Assembly: GCA_000091165.1 (NCBI GenBank) | Contig: FP565575.1 | Span: 720,001-752,000 of the forward strand | Length of the DNA stretch: 32,000 nt | Direction: 5' to 3' | Origin: Candidatus Methylomirabilis oxygeniifera | Lineage (GTDB): Bacteria; Methylomirabilota; Methylomirabilia; Methylomirabilales; Methylomirabilaceae | Shown here: piece after piece, positions 1-9,309 of the stretch | Layout: each line of letters starts with the position of its first letter | Numbering within the stretch: the first letter of the stretch is position 1 | Made by a program: the position numbers and the translations under genes | Notes under the pieces: model-generated | Told to the model about the DNA's origin: nothing | Seen by the model: only the letters and a program-made list of their open reading frames with translations | Databases searched by the model: none

Positions 1-1888
1 AATCGAGACTGGAGATCGCGCGCTTGGCGTGGTTGAGATCGGGTTCTGTGAGGAGAGGATTTTCGCCGACCATGTACATGGCCCGGATCGATCCATCCAG
101 ACACCCGTCGATCATTTCAGTGAGGGCCATTCCTGTGCTGTCGGAAAGTCGAACGCCCCAGGCCGCGTGGAACTTTTCCAACACCTCAGGAGTATAGGTC
201 TGGTAACCGGGGAGGTGAGTAGGGAGGCAGCCGGCATCACAGCACCCCTGCACGTTGTTCTGGCCTCGGAGCGGCGAGATGCCGGAGCCGGCAAACCCCA
301 TCTGGCCCGCGACAAGAGACAGGTTGACGAGGGCATGAACATTCGCCGTACCGTTGGTATGCTGGGTTATCCCCATCCCCCACATGAGGCAGGAGCCGGC
401 GAAGGCGGGTTTCGCGTACCATCGCGCGGCCTGGGCGATCTGCTCCTGCGGGACACCGGTCATCTGCTCGGCGAACGACAGTGTGTACGGTTCCAGCGAT
501 GCGCGCCATGCCTCGAACTCTTCGGTCCGGTTCCGCACGAACTCGATGTTGGTTAGTCTTTCGTCGATGATCACGCGAGCCATGGCGTTGAAGAGGGTCA
601 CGTCTGTACCTGGTCGCTGCCGCAGCCAGAGGTCTGCCTGATCGCACAGCTCGATCCGCTTCGGGTTCACCACGATGAGCCGGGTGCCGCGGCTGACCGC
701 CTGACGAAGGCGGACGGCGATCACCGGATGGTTCGACGACGGATCCGATCCGACGACCATGAGACAGCCTGCCTCCTCGTAATCGTCGTAGGAGTTGGAG
801 GTAGCCCCGGAGCCCAGTGAGCGCAGCATTGCCACCACTGAGGGCGAATGGCAGAGGCGCGCACAGTGATCGACATTATTGGTGTCCGTCACCGCCCGGA
901 CGAATTTCTGGACGACGTAGCCTTCCTCGTTGGTTGCCTTCGCCGAGGCCAGCGTGCCGAAGCGACCTTGGTTTCGAGCGATCCCTTCAGCTGCAGCATC
1001 CAACGCCTTGTCCCATGAGACCTCCTGCCATTGCCCACCATTCCGAATCATGGGACGCGTAATCCGGTCGGGAGCATGAACGAACCCTGCGCCGAATCGC
1101 CCTTTCACACAGAGCATCCCACGACTCGATCTATTGTTAGGGACATCGTCGGTCATCAGCGCGAGGCGCCCATCGGGGCGAACGCGAAGACGGATGCCGC
1201 AGCCGACGCCGCAGTAGGGACAGGTCGTCTCGACCTCGCGCATGACGGCCGAGGGCGCTTCCTTTGGGCGGATGGCTCCCGTCGGACAGGCAGCGACGCA
1301 CTGTCCGCACGAGGTGCAGACGGAGGATGCGAGGGAGCCGTCGCTGAAGACGCCCACCTTGGTCGCGCTGCTCCGCCCCAACAGGGCGATAGCGCCGATC
1401 TGTTGGACGTCATCGCAGGCGACGGTACAGCGGCCGCAGAGGATGCAGGCGTCCCGATCGAGGATGAAGAACGACTTGCTCTCGTCTACAGGCGTATGCC
1501 GCGATAGCGTAGGCATATGGCGGCGCTGGAAGAACCCGAGTCTGGCGCAGGCGTCGGAGAGCTGACCGAACCCCGGCCGATCGAATGAAGGGATCGCCAT
1601 GCCGCACGTGAGGTCGAAGACCCCGTTTCGGATCCGTGTGAGATCGGGATCATTGGTTGAGACCGCCATCCCCTCGCGGGCGGGGAGATGACAGGAAGCC
1701 GGGAAGCCGCGTATCCCTTCGACCTTGACCAGGCAGGTCCGGCAGGCACCGAGCGCCGGCCGATCCGGGTCCTTGCAAAGCTGCGAGAGCGGGATACCAA
1801 GCCGGTTCACGGCGTCGAGGACCGTGGCGCCGGGCTGGACGGTTACGACGGATCCATCGATAGTGAGGCTGATGACCGCATCGCCCAT
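1..1888 (-). CDS. fdhA: Molybdopterin-dependent formate dehydrogenase alpha subunit (NAD-dependent type), 3' end truncated by window edge
   Basis: Reading the minus strand from ATG at 1888 gives a continuous frame to position 1. It is absent from the ORF track, presumably because it has no stop inside the window. Begins MGDAVISLTIDGSVVTVQPG, then ferredoxin-like LCKDPDRPALGACRTCLVKVEG, 4Fe-4S motifs CILCGRCTVAC and CTSCGQCVAACPTGA, Mo-bis-PGD oxidoreductase motif TTCPYCGVGCGI, and active-site region NNVDHCARLCHSPSVVAML. Confidence 0.93.
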   Translation of the reverse strand, partial: MGDAVISLTIDGSVVTVQPGATVLDAVNRLGIPLSQLCKDPDRPALGACRTCLVKVEGIRGFPASCHLPAREGMAVSTNDPDLTRIRNGVFDLTCGMAIPSFDRPGFGQLSDACARLGFFQRRHMPTLSRHTPVDESKSFFILDRDACILCGRCTVACDDVQQIGAIALLGRSSATKVGVFSDGSLASSVCTSCGQCVAACPTGAIRPKEAPSAVMREVETTCPYCGVGCGIRLRVRPDGRLALMTDDVPNNRSSRGMLCVKGRFGAGFVHAPDRITRPMIRNGGQWQEVSWDKALDAAAEGIARNQGRFGTLASAKATNEEGYVVQKFVRAVTDTNNVDHCARLCHSPSVVAMLRSLGSGATSNSYDDYEEAGCLMVVGSDPSSNHPVIAVRLRQAVSRGTRLIVVNPKRIELCDQADLWLRQRPGTDVTLFNAMARVIIDERLTNIEFVRNRTEEFEAWRASLEPYTLSFAEQMTGVPQEQIAQAARWYAKPAFAGSCLMWGMGITQHTNGTANVHALVNLSLVAGQMGFAGSGISPLRGQNNVQGCCDAGCLPTHLPGYQTYTPEVLEKFHAAWGVRLSDSTGMALTEMIDGCLDGSIRAMYMVGENPLLTEPDLNHAKRAISSLD

Positions 1889-1890
1889 CT

Positions 1891-4029
1891 TTATCCCTTT
1901 CCGGAGATTTTAGGTGGGTTGGAGGCTATGTCTTCGGGAAACTGATCAAGCGCCGAGAGAAGTGACAGGGGCGCCGATTGACCGAGACCGCAGAGCGACG
2001 CCAGCCGTATGACCTCAGCCAGTTCCTCAAGCGCCTGCCTGCGACCCGAGTGTTGAGACTGTTGAAGAATCGCGAGCAGGCGGCCTGTTCCCTCCCGGCA
2101 TGGCGTGCATTTGCCGCATGACTCCTGCGCATTGAAGGTGAGGAGCGTTCGGGTGACGTCGTCAATGGAGACGCTGTCGCCCAAAGCGACGACACCGCCG
2201 CTGCCTGGCGAAATGGTTCCGCCAGGGATCAGCGGCTCATCAAACCGACTCGAACGGACGATGACGCCGGACGGTCCGCCGACCAGCGCCGCCTTCAGCG
2301 TCTGTCCATCTTTACCTCCGCCACCGATCTCTCCGATCAGGTGACGGAGGGTGATACGCATCGGCACCTCCACGATCCCCGGTCGAGCGAGGTGGCCGGA
2401 AAGGCCGAACAACTTGGTCCCACGTCCTCCCCCGAGAGCCGTAAACCACGCTGCCCCTCGACTGACGATCAGCGGCACAGCCGTAAGGGTTTCGACGTTA
2501 TGAATCACCGTCGGCTTACCCCATAGCCCTGCCTCCACCGGGAATGGAGGTTTGGGGCGAGGCATAGCACGCTTTCCTTCGATCGCTTCCATAAGCGCCG
2601 TCTCTTCGCCGAGGATAAAGCCGCCCGATCCCCGTCGAAGCTCAAGCTGAAAGGAGAAATCGCTTTCCAGAATTCGCTCGCCGAGCAAGCCGACGGCCTC
2701 AGCCGATCGAAGGGCATTCTCCATTCGGCGCGCCGACAGCTCCGCCTCGCCGTTGATGAAGAGAATACCGCGGCTGGCTCCGCAGGCGAAAGCCGTTAAT
2801 AGGATCCCCTCCAGCAGGCGATGGGGGTCTCCCTCCATTAGATGGCGGTCCTTGAAGATACCGGGCTCACCCTCCTCACCGTTGATCACGAGATACTTGG
2901 GGGACCCTGTTGCGTTGCGGCAGGCCTCCCATTTGTGCGCGGCTCCGAAGTACGCCCCGCCCCGCCCGGTAAGTCCGGACGCTTTGACCTCGTTAATGAC
3001 CGCCAGTGGATCGCCCTGCTCCAGGACGCGACCGAATGTCGCGTAGCTTCCCTGACGCAGGGCGTCGGCCAGGTCGTTGACGTCAACCATACCGCAGCGC
3101 TCAAGGACTGCTCGATGCTGGCCGCGCAGGAACGGTTCCTGGTCGAGGCCGGAGATATCTCTCCAGGACGACTCCTGCCAGGCTACCGCCTCAATTCCAG
3201 CGGGCCGGCGGTCAGCTTTCAGCGCGGAGACCAACAAAGGGATATGCTCGAGCGTGACCCTCTTGAGGCTGATTCTTGGCCAGTCGGGTCGGTAGAGTTC
3301 CACAATGGGAGCGGCGTAGCACATGCCGTTGCAGCCCCCCTCCACGACGGTCGCGGACAGCCCTTGACGCTTCACTTCCTCCGTCAAGCGATCCATAAGG
3401 AGGTCCGCGCCGACCGATTCGCTACAACTGCCTGCGCCGACGACAAGCCTAAGTTCTGAGGGCAGGTGGGTGAGGGATTGTTCCATAAGCCGCCCGAGGA
3501 CAGCCTTAGGAGTGTCGCCATCTGACGTCAACAGGGATGGGGCAGAGACGAGAGATTTTCGAGGAGATGGAGGATTAAAGATGCTGTCGAGCCGGTCCGT
3601 ATCGAGCCGTCCATAGCAGCGATGATCCACCTCGACGACAGGGGCCATCGCACATCTGAAGAGGCAGTCAGCCTCTTCGAGGGTGACGCTGTGATCCTGC
3701 GACGTCTCGCCGACCGTGAGCCCAAGGCGGTTCTGGAGAGCGTGGAGCAGTGTCAGACCACCCTGGATGCGACAGCTGACACCCGTGCATACCCGAACCA
3801 GGCGAGATCCCGGCTTGGTAAGCCGAAACTCCGGGTAGTGGCCGGCAACACCGTACACCTCGCTCTGGGGAACCCGAAGGTGTAGAGCGACAGTGGCGAG
3901 ACTCTCCGGACTCAGCCAACCCTCGGCCCGTTGTGCCGTTTGTAATGCCGGCAGCAGCCAGGTCCGCTCCCTAGGGAACTGCGCAATCAGCGTGCGAAGA
4001 GTATGTTCCTCTGGCGGAGTCACAAGCAC
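1891..4029 (-). CDS. Formate dehydrogenase beta subunit / NADH-quinone oxidoreductase NuoE-NuoF-like fusion (FMN, 4Fe-4S, thioredoxin-like 2Fe-2S domains)
   Basis: 712 aa. N-terminal NuoE-like 2Fe-2S domain (VRVCTGVSC...ADCLFRCAMAPVVEVD), a second thioredoxin-like domain (GAGSCSESVGAD...GGCNGMCYAAPIVELYRP), NuoF core (SGLTGRGGAYFGAAHKWEAC, NGEEGEPGIFKDR) and 4Fe-4S motif ESCGKCTPCREGT. Lies immediately upstream of the fdhA-like gene. A GTG at 4023 with AGGAG upstream is a plausible alternative start. Confidence 0.9.
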   Translation of the reverse strand: MLVTPPEEHTLRTLIAQFPRERTWLLPALQTAQRAEGWLSPESLATVALHLRVPQSEVYGVAGHYPEFRLTKPGSRLVRVCTGVSCRIQGGLTLLHALQNRLGLTVGETSQDHSVTLEEADCLFRCAMAPVVEVDHRCYGRLDTDRLDSIFNPPSPRKSLVSAPSLLTSDGDTPKAVLGRLMEQSLTHLPSELRLVVGAGSCSESVGADLLMDRLTEEVKRQGLSATVVEGGCNGMCYAAPIVELYRPDWPRISLKRVTLEHIPLLVSALKADRRPAGIEAVAWQESSWRDISGLDQEPFLRGQHRAVLERCGMVDVNDLADALRQGSYATFGRVLEQGDPLAVINEVKASGLTGRGGAYFGAAHKWEACRNATGSPKYLVINGEEGEPGIFKDRHLMEGDPHRLLEGILLTAFACGASRGILFINGEAELSARRMENALRSAEAVGLLGERILESDFSFQLELRRGSGGFILGEETALMEAIEGKRAMPRPKPPFPVEAGLWGKPTVIHNVETLTAVPLIVSRGAAWFTALGGGRGTKLFGLSGHLARPGIVEVPMRITLRHLIGEIGGGGKDGQTLKAALVGGPSGVIVRSSRFDEPLIPGGTISPGSGGVVALGDSVSIDDVTRTLLTFNAQESCGKCTPCREGTGRLLAILQQSQHSGRRQALEELAEVIRLASLCGLGQSAPLSLLSALDQFPEDIASNPPKISGKG

Positions 4030-4080
4030 TCCTCTACAGACTTAGCCAGTGTAGTGCCCATAAGCCTCTTTACTTTGATT

Positions 4081-4169
4081 GTCATTCCGGGCGTGACCCG
4101 GAATCCAGTTCCCCGATCGGAGTCCGGGGTAGGCTTTCTGTACCGGATTCCCGCTTGTGCGGGAATGAC
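4081..4169. repeat. Short intergenic inverted-repeat element (REP/MITE-like), copy A
   Basis: GTCATTCCGGGCGTGACCCGGAATCCAG...TACCGGATTCCCGCTTGTGCGGGAATGAC: outer arms GTCATTCC / GGAATGAC, with inner complementary arms. Confidence 0.65.
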
Positions 4170-4397
4170 GACTTCAGGTGATGGGATTTGCCGTACCTGG
4201 ACAGTCGCATGAAGACCGCCTCCATGTCAAGGGTCAGGTGGTACAGCGTAAGGAGGCGAAGTGTGTCGGATAGCTTTTTTTGTTGCAGTTTGGTTCTGAA
4301 GGTGTTAGATGAACTACAGAGATGTAGCGGTGGGTAGCCGTACGGCCCGTGTCGGCGAAAGTGTGATGCTCATTGTCTCATTCTGAGGAGAGTTGCA

Positions 4398-4631
4398 GTG
4401 GCGGTGTCGGCGTTTGTCTTTCTTGAGTGTGCTGCAGGTCGATCCAAAGACGTGGCTACGCAGGTATCCGGGATTCCCGGAGTGAAGCTCTCTCACGCTG
4501 TGACCGGTCCACACGATGTCATTGCCTTTGTGGAGGGTCCGGATATCAACGCATTGGGGATCACGATTATCTCAAAGATCCAGGCGGTATCCGGGGTGCT
4601 TCGCACGACGACGAACGTTGTGGTGGAGTAG
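4398..4631 (+). CDS. Stand-alone Lrp/AsnC ligand-binding (RAM) domain protein
   Basis: 77 aa MAVSAFVFLECAAGRSKDVATQVSGIPGVKLSHAVTGPHDVIAFVEGPDINALGITIISKIQAVSGVLRTTTNVVVE matches the RAM domain pattern (G...V..a..v.G..D....v......L...I...I....GV..T.T). No N-terminal HTH. Confidence 0.85.
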   Translation: MAVSAFVFLECAAGRSKDVATQVSGIPGVKLSHAVTGPHDVIAFVEGPDINALGITIISKIQAVSGVLRTTTNVVVE

Positions 4632-4890
4632 CGTTTTCCTCCGGTTACTTGCGATTTTCTTCGGCCTGAGTGATCCACGTAAGTGGCGATCGGCCTTTGC
4701 TCGGAAGTTCAGTAAGAGTATGAGCGACCGGACTGGTAGAAAATACTTGACAAGGCCAGTGTTTGCCATCTAGAGTTAGCGTTGTGACATTGGTGAAAGA
4801 TCGAGGCGGACCAACTAACCAGCAATTGCCAGTGACGGCGCCGGCGGGCAATGGAGCCTGCGGAGTCGGGCGATAGAGGGGAGGCGGCGA

Positions 4891-5106
4891 ATGCAGAAGC
4901 AGGAGCGACGGCCAACAATCATGACCCTGGAGGAGGTTGCTCGCTTCCTCCGACTGAACAAATCGACGATCTACCGGATGGCGCGGGAAGGTACGCTCCC
5001 GGCTTGGAAGCTGGGGAACGTCTGGCGATTTAAGAAAGAGGCCATCGAAGATTGGATCGTCGGCAGCCAGCGGGCCCACGAGCAAAAGCACAAAACAAAA
5101 TCCTAG
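4891..5106 (+). CDS. Small excisionase/MerR-type helix-turn-helix DNA-binding protein
   Basis: 71 aa with MTLEEVARFLRLNKSTIYRMAREGTLPAWKLGNVWRFKKEAIEDWI, the typical excisionase-family HTH pattern. Exact start uncertain (ATG at 4921 also possible). Confidence 0.85.
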   Translation: MQKQERRPTIMTLEEVARFLRLNKSTIYRMAREGTLPAWKLGNVWRFKKEAIEDWIVGSQRAHEQKHKTKS

Positions 5107-5462
5107 GTTGCCGCATGAGACGGTAACGACTTGCACGTTCCGGTCTACATTGCAGGCAGGTAGACACAGACGGATCTCTGCTGGCCCCGATCCAGGAACC
5201 GGGCCGTGCTCTACCGCTCAGCCCTTATCCCCCCGTCACCACGTGCCTTTCGGTCGCCTATCGCTTCGACCAGTCATGCCTACGGCGTTGCCACACAGCG
5301 CGTACAGGCGCTGAGCCTCCGGATCGTATGGACCGGCCGAGATGCCGGCGTCGATACGCACCCCTCGGCGGCTGTGGCAGGCTGTATGGACGGGTCAAGA
5401 GGCGGGATCGTTTGGCGTCACGCCAGAATCAATCAGGATGGCTTTAGCATAGAGGTTGTCGT

Positions 5463-6680
5463 ATGCGGGGGGAGTCTGAAAAGCCGGCCAAACCGGGCAT
5501 GTCGGAGGTGAAAAGGCTCAGGCAGCGTTGTGAGGAACTTAGTACCTCTATCGAGTCGATGCGGGCCTATTATGAAGATCTGTTGGGAAGCTTGCAGGAT
5601 GGTATCATTATCGTCGAGTCGGATGGTCATATCCGTTCGATCAATCAAGCAGCGGAGGAGCTGACGGGACTATCGGCCCAGATGGTTCACGGCCGACTCT
5701 TCGAACAGATATTTCCGAATGATCGGCCGTTGCAGGAGCTTGTGCGAAAGACCATGGAGAGCGGCCGGACCCATACCGATTTTGACGGCAGGCTGACCAG
5801 GCAGGATAGCTCGCAGGTGGTGATCAGCGCCGTGGCCTCCCTCATCAGTGATGGGACGGGGCAGGCACGCGGCACTGTTCTGGCGCTTCGGGATCAGACC
5901 GGGATCAGGGAGCTGGAGGAGCGCCTACAGCGATCGGATCGCCTGGCGGCGCTTGGGACGGTGGCCGCAGGGGTGGCTCATGAGATCCGAAACCCGCTGG
6001 CCGGCCTCAGGGGAGCGGCGCAGTTACTCGAGGGTGAGCCTGACTTTCCTCCCGCTCTGAGAGAATATACCTCGGTCATCGTGAAAGAGGTTGATCGGCT
6101 CGGCGCGATTGTTGAGCGGCTCCTGTCGTTTGCCACGCCTCGTGGCCCGGTCCTTCGTTCATGTAACCTGCACGAAATCCTCGATGGCCTCTTCTTTTTG
6201 GAGCGGGCGCCGCTGGGTGCTGCCAAGGTGACGATTCAGCGTCAGTACGACCCGCAACTCCCCGAGATCCTCGCGGATCCCTCTGAAATCCAACAGCTCT
6301 TTCTGAACCTGATCCATAATGGGGTAGAGGCGATGCCCGACGGAGGGGACCTTACCGTTCGGACGCGGTATGAGCGATCCGTCAAGCGTTGTGGAGGCCG
6401 ATCAGTGGCCGTAGTCGAGATTATCGATCGGGGAAGCGGGTTCGATCCTGAGGTTGAGCGCCGTCTGTTTACCCCTTTTTTTACCACAAAAGAACGGGGC
6501 ACCGGGTTAGGGCTGGCCATCTGCCTCCGGATCGTAGAGGACCATGGTGGAGCTATGGAAGCGACAAGCTCACCGGGCAGGGGCAGCAGATTTTGCGTAT
6601 GGCTTCCCCTCGCAAAGCAACCCGAGGTTGTCTCACCTCACAATGAATCGAATCGGACGATGCAAGACATGAGATCATGA
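5463..6680 (+). CDS. PAS-domain sensor histidine kinase, NtrB-like
   Basis: PAS region (YEDLLGSLQDGIIIVESDGHIRSINQAAEELTG), HisKA H-box (VAAGVAHEIRNPLAGLRGAAQLL), HATPase motifs (NLIHNGVEAMPDGG, DRGSGF, GTGLGLAICLRIVEDHGG). ATG at 5502 is a possible alternative start. Confidence 0.92.
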   Translation: MRGESEKPAKPGMSEVKRLRQRCEELSTSIESMRAYYEDLLGSLQDGIIIVESDGHIRSINQAAEELTGLSAQMVHGRLFEQIFPNDRPLQELVRKTMESGRTHTDFDGRLTRQDSSQVVISAVASLISDGTGQARGTVLALRDQTGIRELEERLQRSDRLAALGTVAAGVAHEIRNPLAGLRGAAQLLEGEPDFPPALREYTSVIVKEVDRLGAIVERLLSFATPRGPVLRSCNLHEILDGLFFLERAPLGAAKVTIQRQYDPQLPEILADPSEIQQLFLNLIHNGVEAMPDGGDLTVRTRYERSVKRCGGRSVAVVEIIDRGSGFDPEVERRLFTPFFTTKERGTGLGLAICLRIVEDHGGAMEATSSPGRGSRFCVWLPLAKQPEVVSPHNESNRTMQDMRS

Positions 6681-8140
6681 TCGGCACGCGACACATCCTC
6701 GTCGTTGACGACGAAGAAAGTATCCGGTGGGCCCTGCGTAAGGCGCTTGAGCGTGAAGGATATCAGGTGGTACTTGCCGCGGATGGGGTCGAAGGACTGG
6801 CGCGGGCTACAGACCCGAGCATCGATCTCGTCCTCATGGATATCAAGATGCCCGGTGCGGAGGGGCTGGAGACCCTCAGTAGGATCAAAGAGACTCGTCC
6901 GGAGCTTCCTGTCATTATTATGACCGCATTCGGCACACTTCAGGCTGCGGTCCAGGCAATGAAACGCGGGGCCTACGACTACATTACCAAGCCGTTTGAT
7001 TTCGGCGAGCTCACCATACTGGTGCAACGGGTCTTTGAGATTCGTGAGCTGACCGAGCGGGTGGCGCAGATGGAGGCCCTTGGCGGTCGGCCCTTTGACT
7101 TCGGAGGAGTGGTCGGTCTCTGCCCGGCCATGCAGCAGATCTTCAAATTGGTGGGAAAGATGGCCGCCAGCGACCTCACGGTCCTCGTCCGAGGGGAAAG
7201 CGGTACCGGCAAGGAACTGCTGGCGAAAGCGGTTCACTACAACAGCCGACGGTCCGCGCGCCCGTTCGTAGCCGTCAACTGCGCGGCGATCCCCCGCGAA
7301 CTCCTGGAGAGCGAGCTGTTCGGCCATGAGCGGGGTGCGTTCACGGGAGCCAGCGCCCTTCGACGCGGTAAGTTTGAGCTTGCCGAGGGTGGGACGATCT
7401 TTCTCGATGAGATCGGAGATATGGATATCGGGTTGCAGGCGAAGATCCTGCGTGTACTCCAGGAACGGCAGTTTGAGCGGGTGGGGGGCGAACGGTCGCT
7501 CTCGGCGGACGTGAGGGTCATCGCCGCCACCAATCAAAATCTCGAAACCGCTGTCGCGCAGAAGGGCTTCCGCGAAGATCTCTACTACCGCCTGAACGTC
7601 GTGGCCATTAATCTTCCGCCTCTCCGAGAGCGGGTCGAAGACATTCCGCTGCTTGTGAACCATTTCCTCCATCGGTTCGCAGAAGAGCAGAAGCAGGAGC
7701 CGAAAACCCTGCCGCCAGACACGCTTGAGCTGATGCTCGCATACCGCTGGCCTGGAAATATCCGTGAGCTGGAGAACGCGGTGAAAAGGGCCTGCGTGCT
7801 TGCGCCGACCTCTCTCATTCTGCCTGAGCATTTGCCTACCGCTCTCCGGCAGGTCGACGAAGTCGACGGTTCCGGCGGTAGGTCGTCCTTCGAGCGGTTG
7901 CTGTCTCAGGGGATTACGGGCGAGCTGTCCCGGCTGAAACAGGAACGGGACGGGCAGCTCTATGCGTACTTCCTTGCTGCGCTGGAGCGACCTCTCCTGT
8001 TGCGCGTCCTGGAAAGGACCGGTGGGAACCAGCTTCGAGCGGCTGAGTTACTCGGGATCAATCGCAACACGCTCCGAAAGAAGCTCCGTGAGCTTGGGAT
8101 TGCGCCTGTTCGCAGCGGCGAAGGGAAGGCGGAAGGTTGA
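6677..8140 (+). CDS. Sigma-54-dependent response regulator, NtrC family
   Basis: Receiver domain (ILVVDDEESIRWALRKALE...DLVLMDIKMPGAEGLE), AAA+ domain (GESGTGKELLAKAVHYNS, GAFTGAS, GGTIFLDEIGDM) and C-terminal Fis-type HTH (RAAELLGINRNTLRKKLRELGI). Overlaps the kinase stop in an ATGA arrangement. Confidence 0.96.
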   Translation: MIGTRHILVVDDEESIRWALRKALEREGYQVVLAADGVEGLARATDPSIDLVLMDIKMPGAEGLETLSRIKETRPELPVIIMTAFGTLQAAVQAMKRGAYDYITKPFDFGELTILVQRVFEIRELTERVAQMEALGGRPFDFGGVVGLCPAMQQIFKLVGKMAASDLTVLVRGESGTGKELLAKAVHYNSRRSARPFVAVNCAAIPRELLESELFGHERGAFTGASALRRGKFELAEGGTIFLDEIGDMDIGLQAKILRVLQERQFERVGGERSLSADVRVIAATNQNLETAVAQKGFREDLYYRLNVVAINLPPLRERVEDIPLLVNHFLHRFAEEQKQEPKTLPPDTLELMLAYRWPGNIRELENAVKRACVLAPTSLILPEHLPTALRQVDEVDGSGGRSSFERLLSQGITGELSRLKQERDGQLYAYFLAALERPLLLRVLERTGGNQLRAAELLGINRNTLRKKLRELGIAPVRSGEGKAEG

Positions 8141-8181
8141 AGCTCTTGTGCGGGTCGTGACGCTCCGACGCGGATGATGAC

Positions 8182-9120
8182 TTAACGGCGGCGACGGGCT
8201 GTGGTTGGTTGCGGCTGACCCGGAGATGCCAATAGGGCCTCGGCTGAGGTAAGAAGGAACGCTTTAAACGCGATCGCCGCCCGACTGAGATGCTTGTCTT
8301 CGCGGTGCACCACAAACCACTGCCGTCGCAGGGGAAGCCCTTGAACGTCCAGCACCACCAGACGTTTGAGCGCAAGTTCCATTCGAAGGACATGTCGGGA
8401 CAGGAGGGCAATCCCGAGTCCCGCAGCCACCGCCTCCTTGACGGCGCTGTTATCCCCCAGTTCCAACCCCACCCGCAACTGCACCCCTTGCTGACGGAAG
8501 AACTCATCGGCATTGAGACGAGTTCCTGAGCCGACCTCGCGGGCGATAAAGACCTCTCGGGCCAGACGATCCACCGATATTCGCCTGGTCGTTGCAAGCG
8601 GATGAGATGGGGCGGCGACAACGACGATCTCATCGGAGAGAAACGGTTCGGCGACGTGCGGAACTTCATCCGGGGGACGCCCCATGACGACGAGATCAAC
8701 CTCATTGTGCAGGAGGCGGTCTCGCGCCAGCGCGCGGTTGGTGACCTCCAGGTTGATGGTGATGCCGGGGTATCGCTCCTGAAATGCTCCGAGTAATGAA
8801 GGCAGGACATAGGCCCCGGCGGTGCTGACGGCGGCAAGAGCGATCCGTCCACGCTTCAGACCATCGAGCTCTTGCATCGCAAGCCGGGCTTCGTCGGTCA
8901 GCGCGCAGATTTTCTCGGCGTAGGTCAGGAGTTCTTTACCTGCTTCGGTTAAGACAATGGTCCGGCCGACCCGTTCGAAGAAGGTCGCCTCGAGGGTACG
9001 CTCCAACTCTCGAACCTGCGCCGAGACGGCAGGCTGGGACAAAAACAGCTCCTCGGCCGCGCGGGAATAGCTGCCGTGTCTGGCGACCGCCAGAAAGACG
9101 CGAAGTTGATGAAAGGTCAT
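8182..9120 (-). CDS. LysR family transcriptional regulator
   Basis: MTFHQLRVFLAVARHGSYSRAAEELFLSQPAVSAQVRELERTLEATFFERVGRTIVLTEAG is a canonical LysR HTH. The substrate-binding domain follows. The ORF track extends the start to 9156; ATG at 9120 fits the family N-terminus better. Confidence 0.93.
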   Translation of the reverse strand: MTFHQLRVFLAVARHGSYSRAAEELFLSQPAVSAQVRELERTLEATFFERVGRTIVLTEAGKELLTYAEKICALTDEARLAMQELDGLKRGRIALAAVSTAGAYVLPSLLGAFQERYPGITINLEVTNRALARDRLLHNEVDLVVMGRPPDEVPHVAEPFLSDEIVVVAAPSHPLATTRRISVDRLAREVFIAREVGSGTRLNADEFFRQQGVQLRVGLELGDNSAVKEAVAAGLGIALLSRHVLRMELALKRLVVLDVQGLPLRRQWFVVHREDKHLSRAAIAFKAFLLTSAEALLASPGQPQPTTARRRR

Positions 9121-9309
9121 AGTTATATTATAATGAAAACTGTATACATATGGCAACCATTCCCTATGTAACTTTATTTGACTTTAGGGCAAGATCATTG
9201 CACACTAGGCCGAATGACAGTGAACGGCGAACGCCGCAACGGCATCGGCCCTTAATCGGCAGCCCTGGCAACCCACCTATCGACACGGAGAGTGCTTCCT
9301 GAGTTGACT

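Noticed and set aside
29-556. 175-aa plus-strand ORF at the left edge and the small plus/minus ORFs up to 1800
   Set aside because: The minus-strand fdhA frame is continuous through this region with clear conserved motifs. These ORFs are out-of-frame shadows.
4003-4212. 69-aa ORF containing VIPGVTRNPV...IPACAGMTTSG
   Set aside because: Typical spurious translation of the GTCATTCC-type intergenic repeat.
6638-7831. 397-aa ORF on the minus strand
   Set aside because: Fully antisense to the well-supported NtrC-family regulator. Composition is explained by the high-GC codon structure of the sense gene.
8058-8852. 264-aa minus-strand ORF overlapping the LysR gene in another frame
   Set aside because: Shadow ORF; Ser/Pro/Arg-rich low-complexity translation with no recognisable motif.
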